From an uncultured Pseudomonadota bacterium (lineage in GTDB: Bacteria; Pseudomonadota; Alphaproteobacteria; JACZXZ01): 64,000 nucleotides of DNA. The notes below the pieces were generated by a model. It saw only the letters and a program-made list of their open reading frames with translations. It was not told the origin of the DNA and made no database searches. Shown here piece by piece: positions 1 through 11,331 of this stretch (position 1 is the first letter of the stretch; the number at the start of each line of letters is the position of its first letter). The position numbers and the translations under genes were made by a program. The stretch covers positions 96,001-160,000 of the forward strand of contig CAVVLJ010000017.1 of assembly GCA_963749075.1 (NCBI GenBank). Direction: 5' to 3'.

Positions 1-911
1 AGGCGCCCGACGGCCTCCTCGAGGTCGCGCTCGGAGGGCGCGAGGCGGGCGAGCGCCTCGCCGCCGACCCTCGCCTAGGGCTTGTGAGCGCCACCGGAAG
101 CTGCCGCATGGGGAAGGCCTTGGCGCCCGTGGTGGCGGCGCGCATGGGGCGAGCACTCCTCGAGCTCGGCGGCAACAACGCGGCCATCGTGGCGCCCTCG
201 GCCGATCTCGATCTCGCGGTGCGCGCCATCGCCTTCGCGGCCGTCGGCACCGCGGGCCAGCGCTGCACGAGCTTGAGGCGGCTCATCGTCCACGAGGACA
301 TCAAGGGCGTCCTGCTCGAGCGCCTCAAGGCGGCCTACCGCTCGGTCAGGATCGGCGATCCGCGCGAGGCGGGCACCCTCGTGGGCCCGCTCATCGACCG
401 CCGCGCCTGGGAGGCCATGACGGCAGCCCTCGCCGCGGCGCGCCAGGAGGGCGGTGCGGTCGCCGGCGGCGGGCGCGTGCTGGCGGCGCGCTATCCCGAG
501 GCCTATTACGTCGAGCCGGCGCTCGCCGACATGCCGCGGCAGACCGCCATCGTGCGCGAGGAGACCTTCGCCCCCATCCTCTACGTCATGCCCTATCGCA
601 CCTTCGCGGAGGCGCTCGCCCTCCACAACGAGGTGTCCCAGGGGCTCGCCTCGAGCGTCTTCACCAACGACCTCCGGGAGGCCGAGGCCTTCATGGCTGC
701 CGCGGGCAGCGACTGCGGCATCGTCAACGTCAACATCGGGCCGAGCGGGGCGGAGATCGGCGGCGCCTTCGGGGGCGAGAAGGACACGGGCGGCGGGCGC
801 GAATCGGGCTCCGACGCCTGGAAGGCCTACATGCGGCGCGCCACCAACACGATCAACTACTCGGGCGCGCTGCCCTTGGCCCAGGGCATTCGCTTCGAGC
901 TGGGGTCGTGA
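1..911 (+). CDS. Aldehyde dehydrogenase, ALDH7/piperideine-6-carboxylate dehydrogenase-like (5' partial)
   Basis: Frame is open from the window start (APDGLLEV...LVSATGS). Motifs LELGGNNA, GQRCT (catalytic Cys), EETFAPILY and FGGEKDTGGGRESGSD. Confidence 0.9.
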   Translation, partial: APDGLLEVALGGREAGERLAADPRLGLVSATGSCRMGKALAPVVAARMGRALLELGGNNAAIVAPSADLDLAVRAIAFAAVGTAGQRCTSLRRLIVHEDIKGVLLERLKAAYRSVRIGDPREAGTLVGPLIDRRAWEAMTAALAAARQEGGAVAGGGRVLAARYPEAYYVEPALADMPRQTAIVREETFAPILYVMPYRTFAEALALHNEVSQGLASSVFTNDLREAEAFMAAAGSDCGIVNVNIGPSGAEIGGAFGGEKDTGGGRESGSDAWKAYMRRATNTINYSGALPLAQGIRFELGS

Positions 912-1285
912 GGCCAGACTGCTTAATCCTGTGCCCCGGCCTAATTGCCGCGCCCGCCGCCCTCCCGCCCCTCGGGCTCGTCGAGCTCGAACCACATGGC
1001 GTTGAGGACGGCAAAGGAGCAGGCAAGGCCCAGGCCGAGGATCCAGGAAAAGTACCACATCGCGCGCCGACCGCATGGTGAACCGCACCGCAAGGCCAGC
1101 ATAACGACCGGCGCTGCGGCGCGTCAATCCTCGGCCGATTGGCCATGTCCCTTGACCGCTCCTCCAGGCGCCTGGGACCGAGCCCGCCAAGACGAATTGT
1201 GACACCCGCGAATTGGTGTAGTATTGGGCGATTACTTCGCGAATTCAGACAATGCGTGCCGCTGTCGCACTCGGGGGGCTGCGCC

Positions 1286-1972
1286 ATGAGGCTCAGAGCA
1301 CCGACCGGCCTGACCGCCGCCTTCGCCGGCTTCATCGCCCTTGCGACGCCGGCGCTCGCCGACAATCCCGTGGCGATGGTCGAGGCCGTGACGGGCGCTC
1401 CGCCCGGCGTCGCCATCATGGACTATCTCGCGGCGGGCAAGGTCATCAAGCTGGGCGCCACGGACGGGCTGGTGGTGGACTATTTCCGCTCCTGCCTGCG
1501 CGAGACGATCAGGGGCGGCACCGTCACCATCGGGGCCGACCAGAGCAGCGTGGCCGGCGGCGCCATCAGCAGCGAGAAGGTCGACTGCGACGGCGGCCAG
1601 CTCCGCCTCACGCGGGAGCAGGCCTCCGAGAGCGGCGTGGTGGTGTACCGCGTCGTCCCCAAGACGGGAAGCCAGCACTCCGACACCATGGTCGAGCGCA
1701 CGCTCTATGGCCTGAGCCCGGTCATCGAGGTGCCCGGCGGCGGCCGGCTCGTCGTCGAGCGTCTCGACCGCACGGCCAAGACGCTGGTCATCGACGCCTC
1801 GGGGGCGCAGCTCATGGCGGGGGACTTCTACGACTTCGCCAAGCACGGGCAAAGGCTGGCCGCGGGCGGCATCTACCGCGCGAGCGCCAACGGCAACAGC
1901 GTCGTCTTCAAGATCGACCCCAGGGCCCGGCCCGGAGAGGCGGCGCTTGCGGCACGCTTCCTCCAGCTCTGA
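1286..1972 (+). CDS. Secreted hypothetical protein
   Basis: ATG at 1286. Signal peptide ending PALA-D, a Cys pair (FRSCLRE, VDCDGG) and typical GC3-rich codon use. Confidence 0.75.
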   Translation: MRLRAPTGLTAAFAGFIALATPALADNPVAMVEAVTGAPPGVAIMDYLAAGKVIKLGATDGLVVDYFRSCLRETIRGGTVTIGADQSSVAGGAISSEKVDCDGGQLRLTREQASESGVVVYRVVPKTGSQHSDTMVERTLYGLSPVIEVPGGGRLVVERLDRTAKTLVIDASGAQLMAGDFYDFAKHGQRLAAGGIYRASANGNSVVFKIDPRARPGEAALAARFLQL

Positions 1973-4124
1973 GGAGCCCCGCCGCAAGCGTTCCCCGCGC
2001 TTCCTCGATTGGGGCATAGCGGCGGCGGTGGCCCTCGCCGTGAGCATCGGCATCGGCGCCAACCGGAGCACGCTCGCCGGCCTCTCGGTCGACATCCTCT
2101 ACTGGCTGCGCACGGCGATCGCCCCGGTGCACCGCGACCCGGCGCGCTCGCGCAGCGCCATCGTCTCGATCGACGAGGAGACCTACCGCACGCCGCCCTT
2201 CATCAATTATCCCACCGTGCTGTGGACCCACGAGCTCGCCTCGGTGCTCAATGCGCTCATCGCGGCGGATGCCAAGGTCGTCGCCTTCGACATCGTGTTT
2301 CCGGCCTCCATCGAGCCCTTCGTCCCCGGCTTCGACCGCGACTTCCTGCTGGCGCTGCACAACGCCGCCGCCGTGGGCAAGGTCGTGCTCGGCGAGGTGC
2401 AGCATCAGAAATGGCCGGTCCATCCCTTCCAGGCCCAGAGCTTTGCCGTCGGCAATCAGAAGAACATCCGCGCGGTCAACTTCTTCAGCGATAGCGACCG
2501 CGTCATCCGCCGCATACCGCTCACCTTCGAGCGGGAGAACGGCCACGGCGGCACGACCACCGAGCCCTCGATGGCGCTCGAGGTCGCCGCGCGCGCCGCC
2601 GGCACGCGGCCCGAGAGGCTGCCCGGCGGCGGCTGGGCGCTCGCGGGCTACCGCATCCCGGGCTCGCGGCGCAACAACATGATGCTGAACTTTGCCGACC
2701 GCGACGCCATCCCGAGCTACTCCTTCGCCGATCTCGAGGCCTGCGCCGCCAAGGACGATGCCGCGTTCTTCCGCAAGCATTTCGCGGGCAAGGCGGTGTA
2801 CATCGGCGCCGTCCTCGACATCGAGGACCGCAAGCTCACCTCGATGCGCTTCGTCACGGCGCCCGACCGGGCGAGCACGGGCGAGCGCTGCGTGCATTCC
2901 CCGATCACCGATTTCTTCCGCGAGGACCTCAAGCGCGAGACGATCGCGGGCGTCGTCGTGCTGGCGACCGCCACCAACAACCTCCTCGACGGCGACGCGC
3001 TCCGCGAGCTGCCGCCCATGGCCGACTTCGGCATCGTCCTCCTCATCGGCCTGGGCGCCGGCTTCACGACCATGGCGCGGCGGCCGCCCGCCGCCGGGCT
3101 CATTCTCCTGGCCGGCGGCGCGCTCTGGGTCCTCGGCGCCACCTATGTCTTCCGCGCCGGCCTCGTCCTGCCGCTCGTGGCGCCGCTCCTTGCCGCCGGC
3201 CTCACCTTCGCCCTGCTGCTCGGCCACCGCTTTGCGCTTACGGACCGCGACAAGCGCCTGGTGCGCAACAGCTTCAAGCTCTACCTGGCGCCGGCGGTGG
3301 TGGATCGCCTCCTCGAGCAGGACCGCCTGCCCGAGCTCGGCGGCGAGGTGCGTCCGGTCACCGTCATGCTCTCCGACCTGCAAGGCTTCTCGGCGCTCTC
3401 CGAGCACCTGGCGCCGGCCCAGCTCGTGGCGCTGATGAACGAGTACCTCTCGGCCATGAGCGAGGTGATCGAGGCCGAGGGCGGCTTCATCGACAAGTAC
3501 ATCGGCGACGCCATCGTGGCGGTGTTCGGCGCACCGCTCGCCGATGCGCAGCACGCGCTCCACGCCGTGCGCGCGGCACTCCGCTGCCGCGACCGGCTGG
3601 CCGAGCTCAACCGCCAGCCCGGCGCCTTTCTCGGCCACCGTCTCAAGGCGCGCATCGGGCTCGGCACCGGCGAAGCGGTGGTGGGCAACGTCGGCTCGCG
3701 GCGCCGCTTCAACTACACGGTGATGGGCGACATCGTGAACCTGACCGCGCGCCTCGAGGGCGCCAACAAGATCTACGGCACCACGATCCTCGCCAATGCG
3801 GCAACCCACGATGCCGCGGGCGGGGAGATCGCCTGGCGCGAGATCGACCGCGTGCGCGTCGTCGGCCGCGAGAATCCGGAATCGCTCTTCGAGCCCGTGG
3901 GCCTCGCGGACCGCGCCGCCGCGGCGGAGCCGGAGCGCCACGCCGCCTTCGCCCGGGCGCTTGCCGAATATCGCGCCGGGAACTTCGCGGCCGCGCTCGA
4001 GCTCTTCGAAGCGCTCGCCGGCGAGGATCCGGTCGCGCGCCTCTTCGCCGAGCGCTCGCGGCGTTGGTTGAGCGCTCCCCCGCCCCAGCCATGGGACGCC
4101 GTGACCACGCTCGAATCGAAATAG
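1947..4124 (+). CDS. CHASE2-domain class III adenylate/guanylate cyclase
   Basis: CHASE2-like N-terminus (IVSIDEET, VAFDIVF, DSDRVIRR), three TM helices, cyclase motifs SDLQGF, IDKYIGDA and GDIVNLTARLEGANK. TTG start after GGAG; start uncertain. Confidence 0.9.
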   Translation: MRHASSSSEEPRRKRSPRFLDWGIAAAVALAVSIGIGANRSTLAGLSVDILYWLRTAIAPVHRDPARSRSAIVSIDEETYRTPPFINYPTVLWTHELASVLNALIAADAKVVAFDIVFPASIEPFVPGFDRDFLLALHNAAAVGKVVLGEVQHQKWPVHPFQAQSFAVGNQKNIRAVNFFSDSDRVIRRIPLTFERENGHGGTTTEPSMALEVAARAAGTRPERLPGGGWALAGYRIPGSRRNNMMLNFADRDAIPSYSFADLEACAAKDDAAFFRKHFAGKAVYIGAVLDIEDRKLTSMRFVTAPDRASTGERCVHSPITDFFREDLKRETIAGVVVLATATNNLLDGDALRELPPMADFGIVLLIGLGAGFTTMARRPPAAGLILLAGGALWVLGATYVFRAGLVLPLVAPLLAAGLTFALLLGHRFALTDRDKRLVRNSFKLYLAPAVVDRLLEQDRLPELGGEVRPVTVMLSDLQGFSALSEHLAPAQLVALMNEYLSAMSEVIEAEGGFIDKYIGDAIVAVFGAPLADAQHALHAVRAALRCRDRLAELNRQPGAFLGHRLKARIGLGTGEAVVGNVGSRRRFNYTVMGDIVNLTARLEGANKIYGTTILANAATHDAAGGEIAWREIDRVRVVGRENPESLFEPVGLADRAAAAEPERHAAFARALAEYRAGNFAAALELFEALAGEDPVARLFAERSRRWLSAPPPQPWDAVTTLESK

Positions 4125-4430
4125 CGCGCGCCGGGCGCGGGGCACCGCGCAGCTTATTGGGGGGGCACCGGCTCGGCGACAAGCCGTCCACGGCGCGGAG
4201 TTCATGCCGCGTGATTCGAAGCTCCGGTTTGGCGCACTGCAACTACGTTTATGCACACGCCGTCGAAGCCCTATCCACGCTTCCGGAGCCGGTGGCGGAA
4301 CGGACATGGGATGGAAGCCGGGGCTCTTCGCATCTTGCACGTATGCGACGACTGAGCCCGTTCTCCGCGAGTTCGACTTCGGGAAATTTGCGGACGTGCG
4401 GTGCCGACGGCGGACGACATGCCGTGCGCC

Positions 4431-5405
<975 letters not shown>

Positions 5406-5426
5406 GGCGGCTTCGACTCCTTGCGA

Positions 5427-6419
5427 TCAGTAGAGCACACAGGCGACCTTGTGCCCGGGTGCGACTTCGCTGAACGGCGGCACCTGCTCCCGGCAGACGG
5501 GGCTGGCGAAGCGGCAGCGCGGCGCGAAGCGGCAGCCCGGCGGCGGATTGAGCAGGCTCGGCACCGTCCCGGCGATGGCTTCGAGCCTGACCTTGCGCGC
5601 GGCCGCCCGGTCGATGCGCGGAATCGAGCGGATCAGGCCCTGGGTGTAGGGGTGGCGGGGCGCTTCGAAAAGCTGCATGACGCCGGCCTCCTCCACGACC
5701 TTGCCCGCGTACATGACGACCACTCGCTCCGCCGTCTCGGCCACCACGCCCATGGCGTGGGTGATGAGCATCACCGCCATGCCGAAGCGCGCCTTCAATT
5801 CCTGAAGCAGGTCGAGTATCTGCGCCTGGATCGTGACGTCGAGCGCCGTCGTCGGCTCGTCGGCGATGAGGAGCTTCGGGTTGCACGAGAGGGCCATGGC
5901 GATCATCGCGCGCTGGCGCATGCCGCCCGAGAAGTGGTGCGGATAGTCGTTCGCCCGCTTCGCGGCGTTGGGGATGTGGACGAGCTTGAGCATCTCGACG
6001 GCCTTGTCCATCGCCTCGCGCCGGTGAAGCTTCTCGTGGCGGCGGATGGTCTCCGCGATCTGCTCGCCCATCGTGTAGACCGGGTTGAGCGAGGTCATGG
6101 GCTCCTGGAAGACGATGCCGATCTCCTTGCTGCGGATGTCGCTCATCGCGGCGGCGCCGAGCGGTATGAGATCGCGGCCCTGCCAGAGGATCTGCCCGGC
6201 GACGATGCGGCCGGGCGGCGTCGAGATCAGCTTCAGCACGGAGAGCGCGGTGACGGTCTTGCCGCAGCCGGATTCGCCGACGACGCACACGGTCTCGCCG
6301 CGCCCGATGCTGAGATCGACGCCGTCGACCGCCTGCACCACGCCGTCGTCGGTGGCGAAATGCGTCTTCAGCCCGCGGATCTCGAGCAGCGCGTCGCCTG
6401 CCGGGGAGTCCGCCGCCAT
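5427..6419 (-). CDS. Oligo/dipeptide ABC transporter ATP-binding subunit (OppD/DppD-like)
   Basis: Starts MAADSPAG...[11 protein letters not shown]. Motifs [16 protein letters not shown] and ADEPTTALD. Confidence 0.95.
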   Translation of the reverse strand: MAADSPAGDALLEIRGLKTHFATDDGVVQAVDGVDLSIGRGETVCVVGESGCGKTVTALSVLKLISTPPGRIVAGQILWQGRDLIPLGAAAMSDIRSKEIGIVFQEPMTSLNPVYTMGEQIAETIRRHEKLHRREAMDKAVEMLKLVHIPNAAKRANDYPHHFSGGMRQRAMIAMALSCNPKLLIADEPTTALDVTIQAQILDLLQELKARFGMAVMLITHAMGVVAETAERVVVMYAGKVVEEAGVMQLFEAPRHPYTQGLIRSIPRIDRAAARKVRLEAIAGTVPSLLNPPPGCRFAPRCRFASPVCREQVPPFSEVAPGHKVACVLY

Positions 6420-6424
6420 GGCGC

Positions 6425-7366
6425 TCACATGACCCTGCGGGGATCGAGCACGTCGCGCAGGCCGTCGCCGACGAAGTTGATGGTGAGCACGGCGACGAAG
6501 ATCGCGGCACCCGCGAAGAGCGCCCAGTGCGGCGCAATGTCGAGATAGTCCTTGGCATCGAACAGGAGCCGCCCCCATGTCGGGATGTCCGGCGGGAAGC
6601 CGAGGCCGAGGAAGGAGAGCGTGGATTCCGCGATGATGGCGTCGGCGACGTTGATGGTGCCCGCCACGATCACGGGCCCGAGGGCGTTCGGCAGGATGTG
6701 GCGCATGACCTGCCGCGTCGTCGAGGCGCCGAGCGCACGCGCCGCCTCGACGAACTCCTTCTCGCGCAGCGAGAGGAACTGCGCCCGCACCAAGCGCGCG
6801 ACCGGCATCCAGCGAAAGCCGCCGATGACGGCGACGACGAGGATGAAGACGCCGCCTTCCGGCCCGACCACCGCCTTGAGCGCGTCGCGAAAGAGATAGA
6901 TGATGACGAGCAGCAGCGGCAGCTGAGGCAGCGACAGGAAGAGGTCGGTCAGCCACATCAGCGCCGCGTCGATGCTCCCGCGCGAGATGCCGGAGACGGC
7001 GCCGACCAGCGTGCCGACGATGAGCGAGACCACCATGGCGGCGAGACCGACCGCGAGCGAGATGCGGCCGCCATAGAGCACGCGCGCCAGGAGATCCTGC
7101 CCGAGATCGTCGGTGCCGAGTGGATGCGCCAGGCTCGGCGGCTGCAGGCGGGCGGCGAAGTCGATGTCGTTGATCGACACCGGCCAGAGCGCCGGGCCGA
7201 ACACCACCGCGAGCGCCATCGCGAGCAGGATGACGGCGCTCAGCACGGCGAGGCGGTGGCGCCGGAAGCGCCGCCACGCGTCAAGCGCCGGCGAGACCTG
7301 CGGGGCGAGACCCTCCCGCGCCGCCTCGCCGTCAGCGGTAAGCAATGCGGGGGTCGAGCCAGCCAT
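6425..7366 (-). CDS. Peptide ABC transporter permease (OppC/DppC-like)
   Basis: HPLGTDDLGQD, EFVEAARALGAS and RHILPNA motifs with TM helices. Confidence 0.95.
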   Translation of the reverse strand: MAGSTPALLTADGEAAREGLAPQVSPALDAWRRFRRHRLAVLSAVILLAMALAVVFGPALWPVSINDIDFAARLQPPSLAHPLGTDDLGQDLLARVLYGGRISLAVGLAAMVVSLIVGTLVGAVSGISRGSIDAALMWLTDLFLSLPQLPLLLVIIYLFRDALKAVVGPEGGVFILVVAVIGGFRWMPVARLVRAQFLSLREKEFVEAARALGASTTRQVMRHILPNALGPVIVAGTINVADAIIAESTLSFLGLGFPPDIPTWGRLLFDAKDYLDIAPHWALFAGAAIFVAVLTINFVGDGLRDVLDPRRVM

Positions 7367-8291
7367 AGAGAACGTCCGCGAGCAGGTTGAACAGGATGAC
7401 CAGGCAAGCGAAGACGAAGGTCACGGCCATGATGACCGGCGTGTCGTTGGCCAGAATCGAGGTGATGAGCAGCGAGCCGATGCCCGGCACGCGGAAGATC
7501 TGCTCGGTGATGATGGCGCCGCCGAAGATCGTCGGCATTTGCAGCGCCACCAGCGTCACCACCGGGATCAGCGCGTTGCGCACGACGTGCTTGAGCAGCA
7601 CCCTGCCCTCGCGCAGGCCCTTGGCGCGCGCGGTCGCGACGTAGTCGAGGCGGATGACGTCGAGCACGGCCGAGCGCACGTAGCGCGTCCAGGAGGCGCC
7701 CTGGAACATGCCGAGCACGGCGACCGGCATGATCGACTGGCGGAACTCCTCCCACCACCAGCTGAGGCCCGTGGCGCTGAGATCGGAGCGATAGACGAAG
7801 GGCAGCCAGTCGAGATGGATGCTGAACACCAGGATGAGCAGCAGCCCGGTGAAGAAGGTCGGCAAGGAGAAGCCGATGAAGGCAAAGGTGTTGGCGATCT
7901 GGTCGAACAGCGAATAGGGCCGCGTCGCGGCGTAGACGCCGACCGGCAGGGCGATGAGCAGCGCCAATATCTGCGACGAGCCGATCACGAGAAGCGTGGC
8001 CGGGAGGCGCTGCCAGATGAGGGTATCGACGTTGACCCGGCTGACGAAGGAAAAGCCCCAATTGCCGTGCAGCATCGCCACCAGCCAGTGGAAGTAGCGC
8101 TGCAGCACGGGATCGTCCATGCCGAACTGGGCGCGCAACGCCATGCGCACCTCGGGCGGCACCGCGGGATTGGTCGCGAGCTCGCCGAAGGGATCGCCTG
8201 GCGCCAGCGCCAGTACCGTGAACAGCACGATGCTGATGCCGAGCAGGCTCGGCACCGCAATGAGCAGGCGCCGCAGCAGATAGCGCGCCAT
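7332..8291 (-). CDS. Peptide ABC transporter permease (OppB/DppB-like)
   Basis: YLLRRLL, DYVATARAKGL and KHVVRNALIP motifs. Confidence 0.95.
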   Translation of the reverse strand: MARYLLRRLLIAVPSLLGISIVLFTVLALAPGDPFGELATNPAVPPEVRMALRAQFGMDDPVLQRYFHWLVAMLHGNWGFSFVSRVNVDTLIWQRLPATLLVIGSSQILALLIALPVGVYAATRPYSLFDQIANTFAFIGFSLPTFFTGLLLILVFSIHLDWLPFVYRSDLSATGLSWWWEEFRQSIMPVAVLGMFQGASWTRYVRSAVLDVIRLDYVATARAKGLREGRVLLKHVVRNALIPVVTLVALQMPTIFGGAIITEQIFRVPGIGSLLITSILANDTPVIMAVTFVFACLVILFNLLADVLYGWLDPRIAYR

Positions 8292-8334
8292 CAGCGCGTC
8301 CGCGCGGCCGATCCCGATGGCGCGGTCGGCGCCG

Positions 8335-10125
8335 TCATGTCTCGCGATACCAGTCCGAGACCAGGTACATGTCGTTGTCCCAGCCGCTGAGCGTCAGCTT
8401 CAGGTTGCTCTTCACGCCCCTGACGTTCGGCCGATAGACCACGGGAATGACCGTCACGTCGCCGATGACGAGGTTGTTCATGGTGATGAAGAGTGCCGCC
8501 CGCTTCACCGGGTCGAGCTCGCCCTCGGCGGCGCGATAGGCCTTGTCGTAGTCCTCGCTGCGCCAGCGCGTGATGTTGCGCCCCTGCCACTTGTTGTCCT
8601 TGGTCGCCACTTCCCAGGAGACGAACTGGTTCATGAACAGGGCCGGGTCGGGCTCCGTCATGGTCGTCGTGTACATCTGGAGATCGCTGTAGAAATGCGG
8701 ATAGGTGTCGGGATTGCCGACATCGGACGAGAAGAACACCGAAGCCGCGACCGACTTCAGCTCGACGTCGATGCCGGCCTTCTGGCAGGCCTGCTTGACG
8801 ATCGCCTGGTTCTTCTGGCGCGGCTCGTTGATCGAGGTCTGGTAGACGTATTTCAGCTTCTTGCCGTCCTTCTCGCGCACGCCGTCGGAGCCGCGCTTCC
8901 AGCCGGCGGCGTCGAGCATCTGGTTGGCCTTGTCGATATCGAAGACCCATTCCGTCGTCTTCGAGCAGAAGCGCGGCGGATTGTTGAGGAAATTCGCGGT
9001 CGCCACGCCGGTGCGACCGTAGATGTATTTCTGCACCGAGCCGCGGTCGACCAGGACATTGAGCGCGTCGCGCACCGCCTTGTCGCTGAGGGTCGGGTGC
9101 TTGGTCTTGATGCTCGATCTCTCGCCGTCGACCTCCGTCCAGGGATCGGTGGTATTGAGCTGGATATGCTCGATGCTGCCGCCCTCGACGATCACCACGC
9201 GGCCCTTGCCGGACTCCTCGAGCTTCTTGAGGATCTCGTCCTCGACCTGGAGGTTCCAGGCGTAGTCGTATTCGCCGCTCTGCAGCACCGCGCGCGCCGC
9301 CGAGACGGCGTCGCCCCCGCCCTTCATCTCGATGGTGTCGAAATAGGGCCGGTTCGCCACGTGATAAGCGGGGTTGCGCTCGCCGGTCACCAGATCGCCC
9401 GGCCGGAAGTCGACGAACTTGAAGGGGCCGGTGCCGACGGGCTTGAGATTGGTCGGCGCGTCCCGCGACTTGGCGCCCTTGTAGTCCGCAAAGAGATGCT
9501 TCGGGATCAACATGCCGCGCACGCCGACGAAGGGGTCGGGCCAGAACGGCGTCGGCTTTTGGAAGGTCACCTTCACCGTATGGTCGTCGAGCTTCTCCGC
9601 TTTGATGTCCTTGTAGGTCGCCACGGTTACGCATGCGGTCGCGGGATCCGCGGCATATTCCCAATTGAAGACCACGTCGTCGGCGGTGAAGGGTTGGCCG
9701 TCATGCCATTTGACGCCTTGCTTCAATTTCCAGGTCACGGACGTGCCGTCCTTGGCGAGGCCGCCGTTCTCGATGCTCGGCAGCTCGGCGGCGAGAAAGG
9801 CGACGAGATTGCCCTCGGCGTCCCAGCCGGCAAGCGGCTCATAGAAGATGCGCGACGCCTCCTGATCCTTGGTGCCGACCGCGAAGTGCGGATTGAGCAA
9901 GGTCGGCGCTTGCCAGAACAGCATCTTGAGCGGGCCGCCGCCGCCGGTCTTGGTGGGTTTGTACTCGAATTTGGCCTCCGCCGCGGCGACGCCGGAATGG
10001 TGCAGCATCAGCCATGCCATCGGCGCCGTCAGCCCAAGGGCCACCATCTGCCGCGTGAAGGCGCGGCGGGACAGCGTGCCGTCCTTGACCTGCGCGATCA
10101 TTGCGCGCAACTTTTGCTCTTCCAT
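8335..10125 (-). CDS. Peptide ABC transporter substrate-binding protein (family 5), Tat-type signal
   Basis: LSRRAF twin-arginine motif. WKLKQGVKWHDGQPFTADDVVF and PVGTGPF motifs. Confidence 0.95.
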   Translation of the reverse strand: MEEQKLRAMIAQVKDGTLSRRAFTRQMVALGLTAPMAWLMLHHSGVAAAEAKFEYKPTKTGGGGPLKMLFWQAPTLLNPHFAVGTKDQEASRIFYEPLAGWDAEGNLVAFLAAELPSIENGGLAKDGTSVTWKLKQGVKWHDGQPFTADDVVFNWEYAADPATACVTVATYKDIKAEKLDDHTVKVTFQKPTPFWPDPFVGVRGMLIPKHLFADYKGAKSRDAPTNLKPVGTGPFKFVDFRPGDLVTGERNPAYHVANRPYFDTIEMKGGGDAVSAARAVLQSGEYDYAWNLQVEDEILKKLEESGKGRVVIVEGGSIEHIQLNTTDPWTEVDGERSSIKTKHPTLSDKAVRDALNVLVDRGSVQKYIYGRTGVATANFLNNPPRFCSKTTEWVFDIDKANQMLDAAGWKRGSDGVREKDGKKLKYVYQTSINEPRQKNQAIVKQACQKAGIDVELKSVAASVFFSSDVGNPDTYPHFYSDLQMYTTTMTEPDPALFMNQFVSWEVATKDNKWQGRNITRWRSEDYDKAYRAAEGELDPVKRAALFITMNNLVIGDVTVIPVVYRPNVRGVKSNLKLTLSGWDNDMYLVSDWYRET

Positions 10126-10594
10126 GTGACGCCCCCTGTTTCATAAATAATGCGTATTGCTGCCTGCTTTTGCCGCAGGCCGCCCGCCGGCTTAGTGCCC
10201 GATTAGCAAAATGTTAACACAGTGAGAACAGCACGGAAAACCCAAACTGCCTTGCAGTGCAGAGGCGGGTTTCCCGCTTAAAAATTGGCCAAAAGATCGG
10301 CGCTCCTTGAGCCGCCCTTATTCCGCTTTTTCATGTCGAATCAAGGCAATACCGGCGATTCGATCGGGCTTCCACTCGACTGCCGAAGGCCGGTTGGCAG
10401 CCCTATCGCCGGATTTCCTATTTTGGCGCACCGCGCGCTCCTGGGCGCGGCCGGCCGCGCTCATCCGAGCCGATCGCGGCGCGAGCGTATCCTCAAGCGC
10501 GCCTCGGCGGGCGACGTGAAAAGCTTCGCCGCGAGCGATCCGCGCCTGGCCGTCCGGACGGCCCAAATACCGCTCGACGCCGAACCGTCGGCGG

Positions 10595-11272
10595 TCAGTA
10601 GGCCGCGATCGTCTCGTCGCGGACTTGCGTCGCGCCGGGCACGCCCTCGGCGAGTGCGAGCAGCGCCTTGCGCTCCGCCTCCGAGCCCACGAGACCCCAC
10701 AAATGCACCACGCCGTTGCTCACGATGACGTTGCGGCTGCCGAAATCGGTCCAGGGCTGCTGTTCCAGTTGGGCCAGCAACTCGTGCCGGATGTCGAGAT
10801 CCCGATCGTGCGTCTCCTCGTTGTGCCCGATGATCGATGCGAGGGCCTGGATCAAATTGGAGCGGCTCACCACGCCGAGCAGCTTGCCGTCCCGCACGAT
10901 GGGCACCCGCTTGATCCGCTTGCGCTCGAGCAAGGCGGCGATCTCGGAAAGCGGCGTATCCTCGGTCGCCGACACCACGTCCGTGGTCATCAGCTCCTCG
11001 ACCTTCTTGCCGTGGGACTTGGCGAAATCCTCGGCGAGCGCCGAAGCGCCGGTGACCGCTTCGAGCCACCACGGACGGTGCTTCTCGGTGCCGATCTCGA
11101 CGCGATGAATGAGGTCGGCCTCGCTGATGATGCCGATCACGTGGTCTTCCGAATCGACGACCGGCAGAGCGCTCACGTCGTGCTCGCTCAAAAGCTTGAT
11201 CGCGTCCGCTACGTCGGTGTCGGGATGGACCGTTATGACATGGCGGACCATGACATCAATCGCCCGCATCAT
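10595..11272 (-). CDS. CBS-domain protein with C-terminal BON domain
   Basis: GGAGGAG RBS. Tandem CBS repeats (SALPVVD, KRVPIV) and BON motif NVIVSNGVVHLWG. Confidence 0.9.
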   Translation of the reverse strand: MMRAIDVMVRHVITVHPDTDVADAIKLLSEHDVSALPVVDSEDHVIGIISEADLIHRVEIGTEKHRPWWLEAVTGASALAEDFAKSHGKKVEELMTTDVVSATEDTPLSEIAALLERKRIKRVPIVRDGKLLGVVSRSNLIQALASIIGHNEETHDRDLDIRHELLAQLEQQPWTDFGSRNVIVSNGVVHLWGLVGSEAERKALLALAEGVPGATQVRDETIAAY

Positions 11273-11331
11273 GTTCTCCTCCTCTGGGCTGCAGGGTGTC
11301 GCGTCGCGCGACGGATCTCGAAATGCACATC

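Noticed and set aside
4125-4430. ORF or ncRNA between the converging cyclase and ABC genes
   Set aside because: No recognisable coding pattern or RNA family motif was seen.
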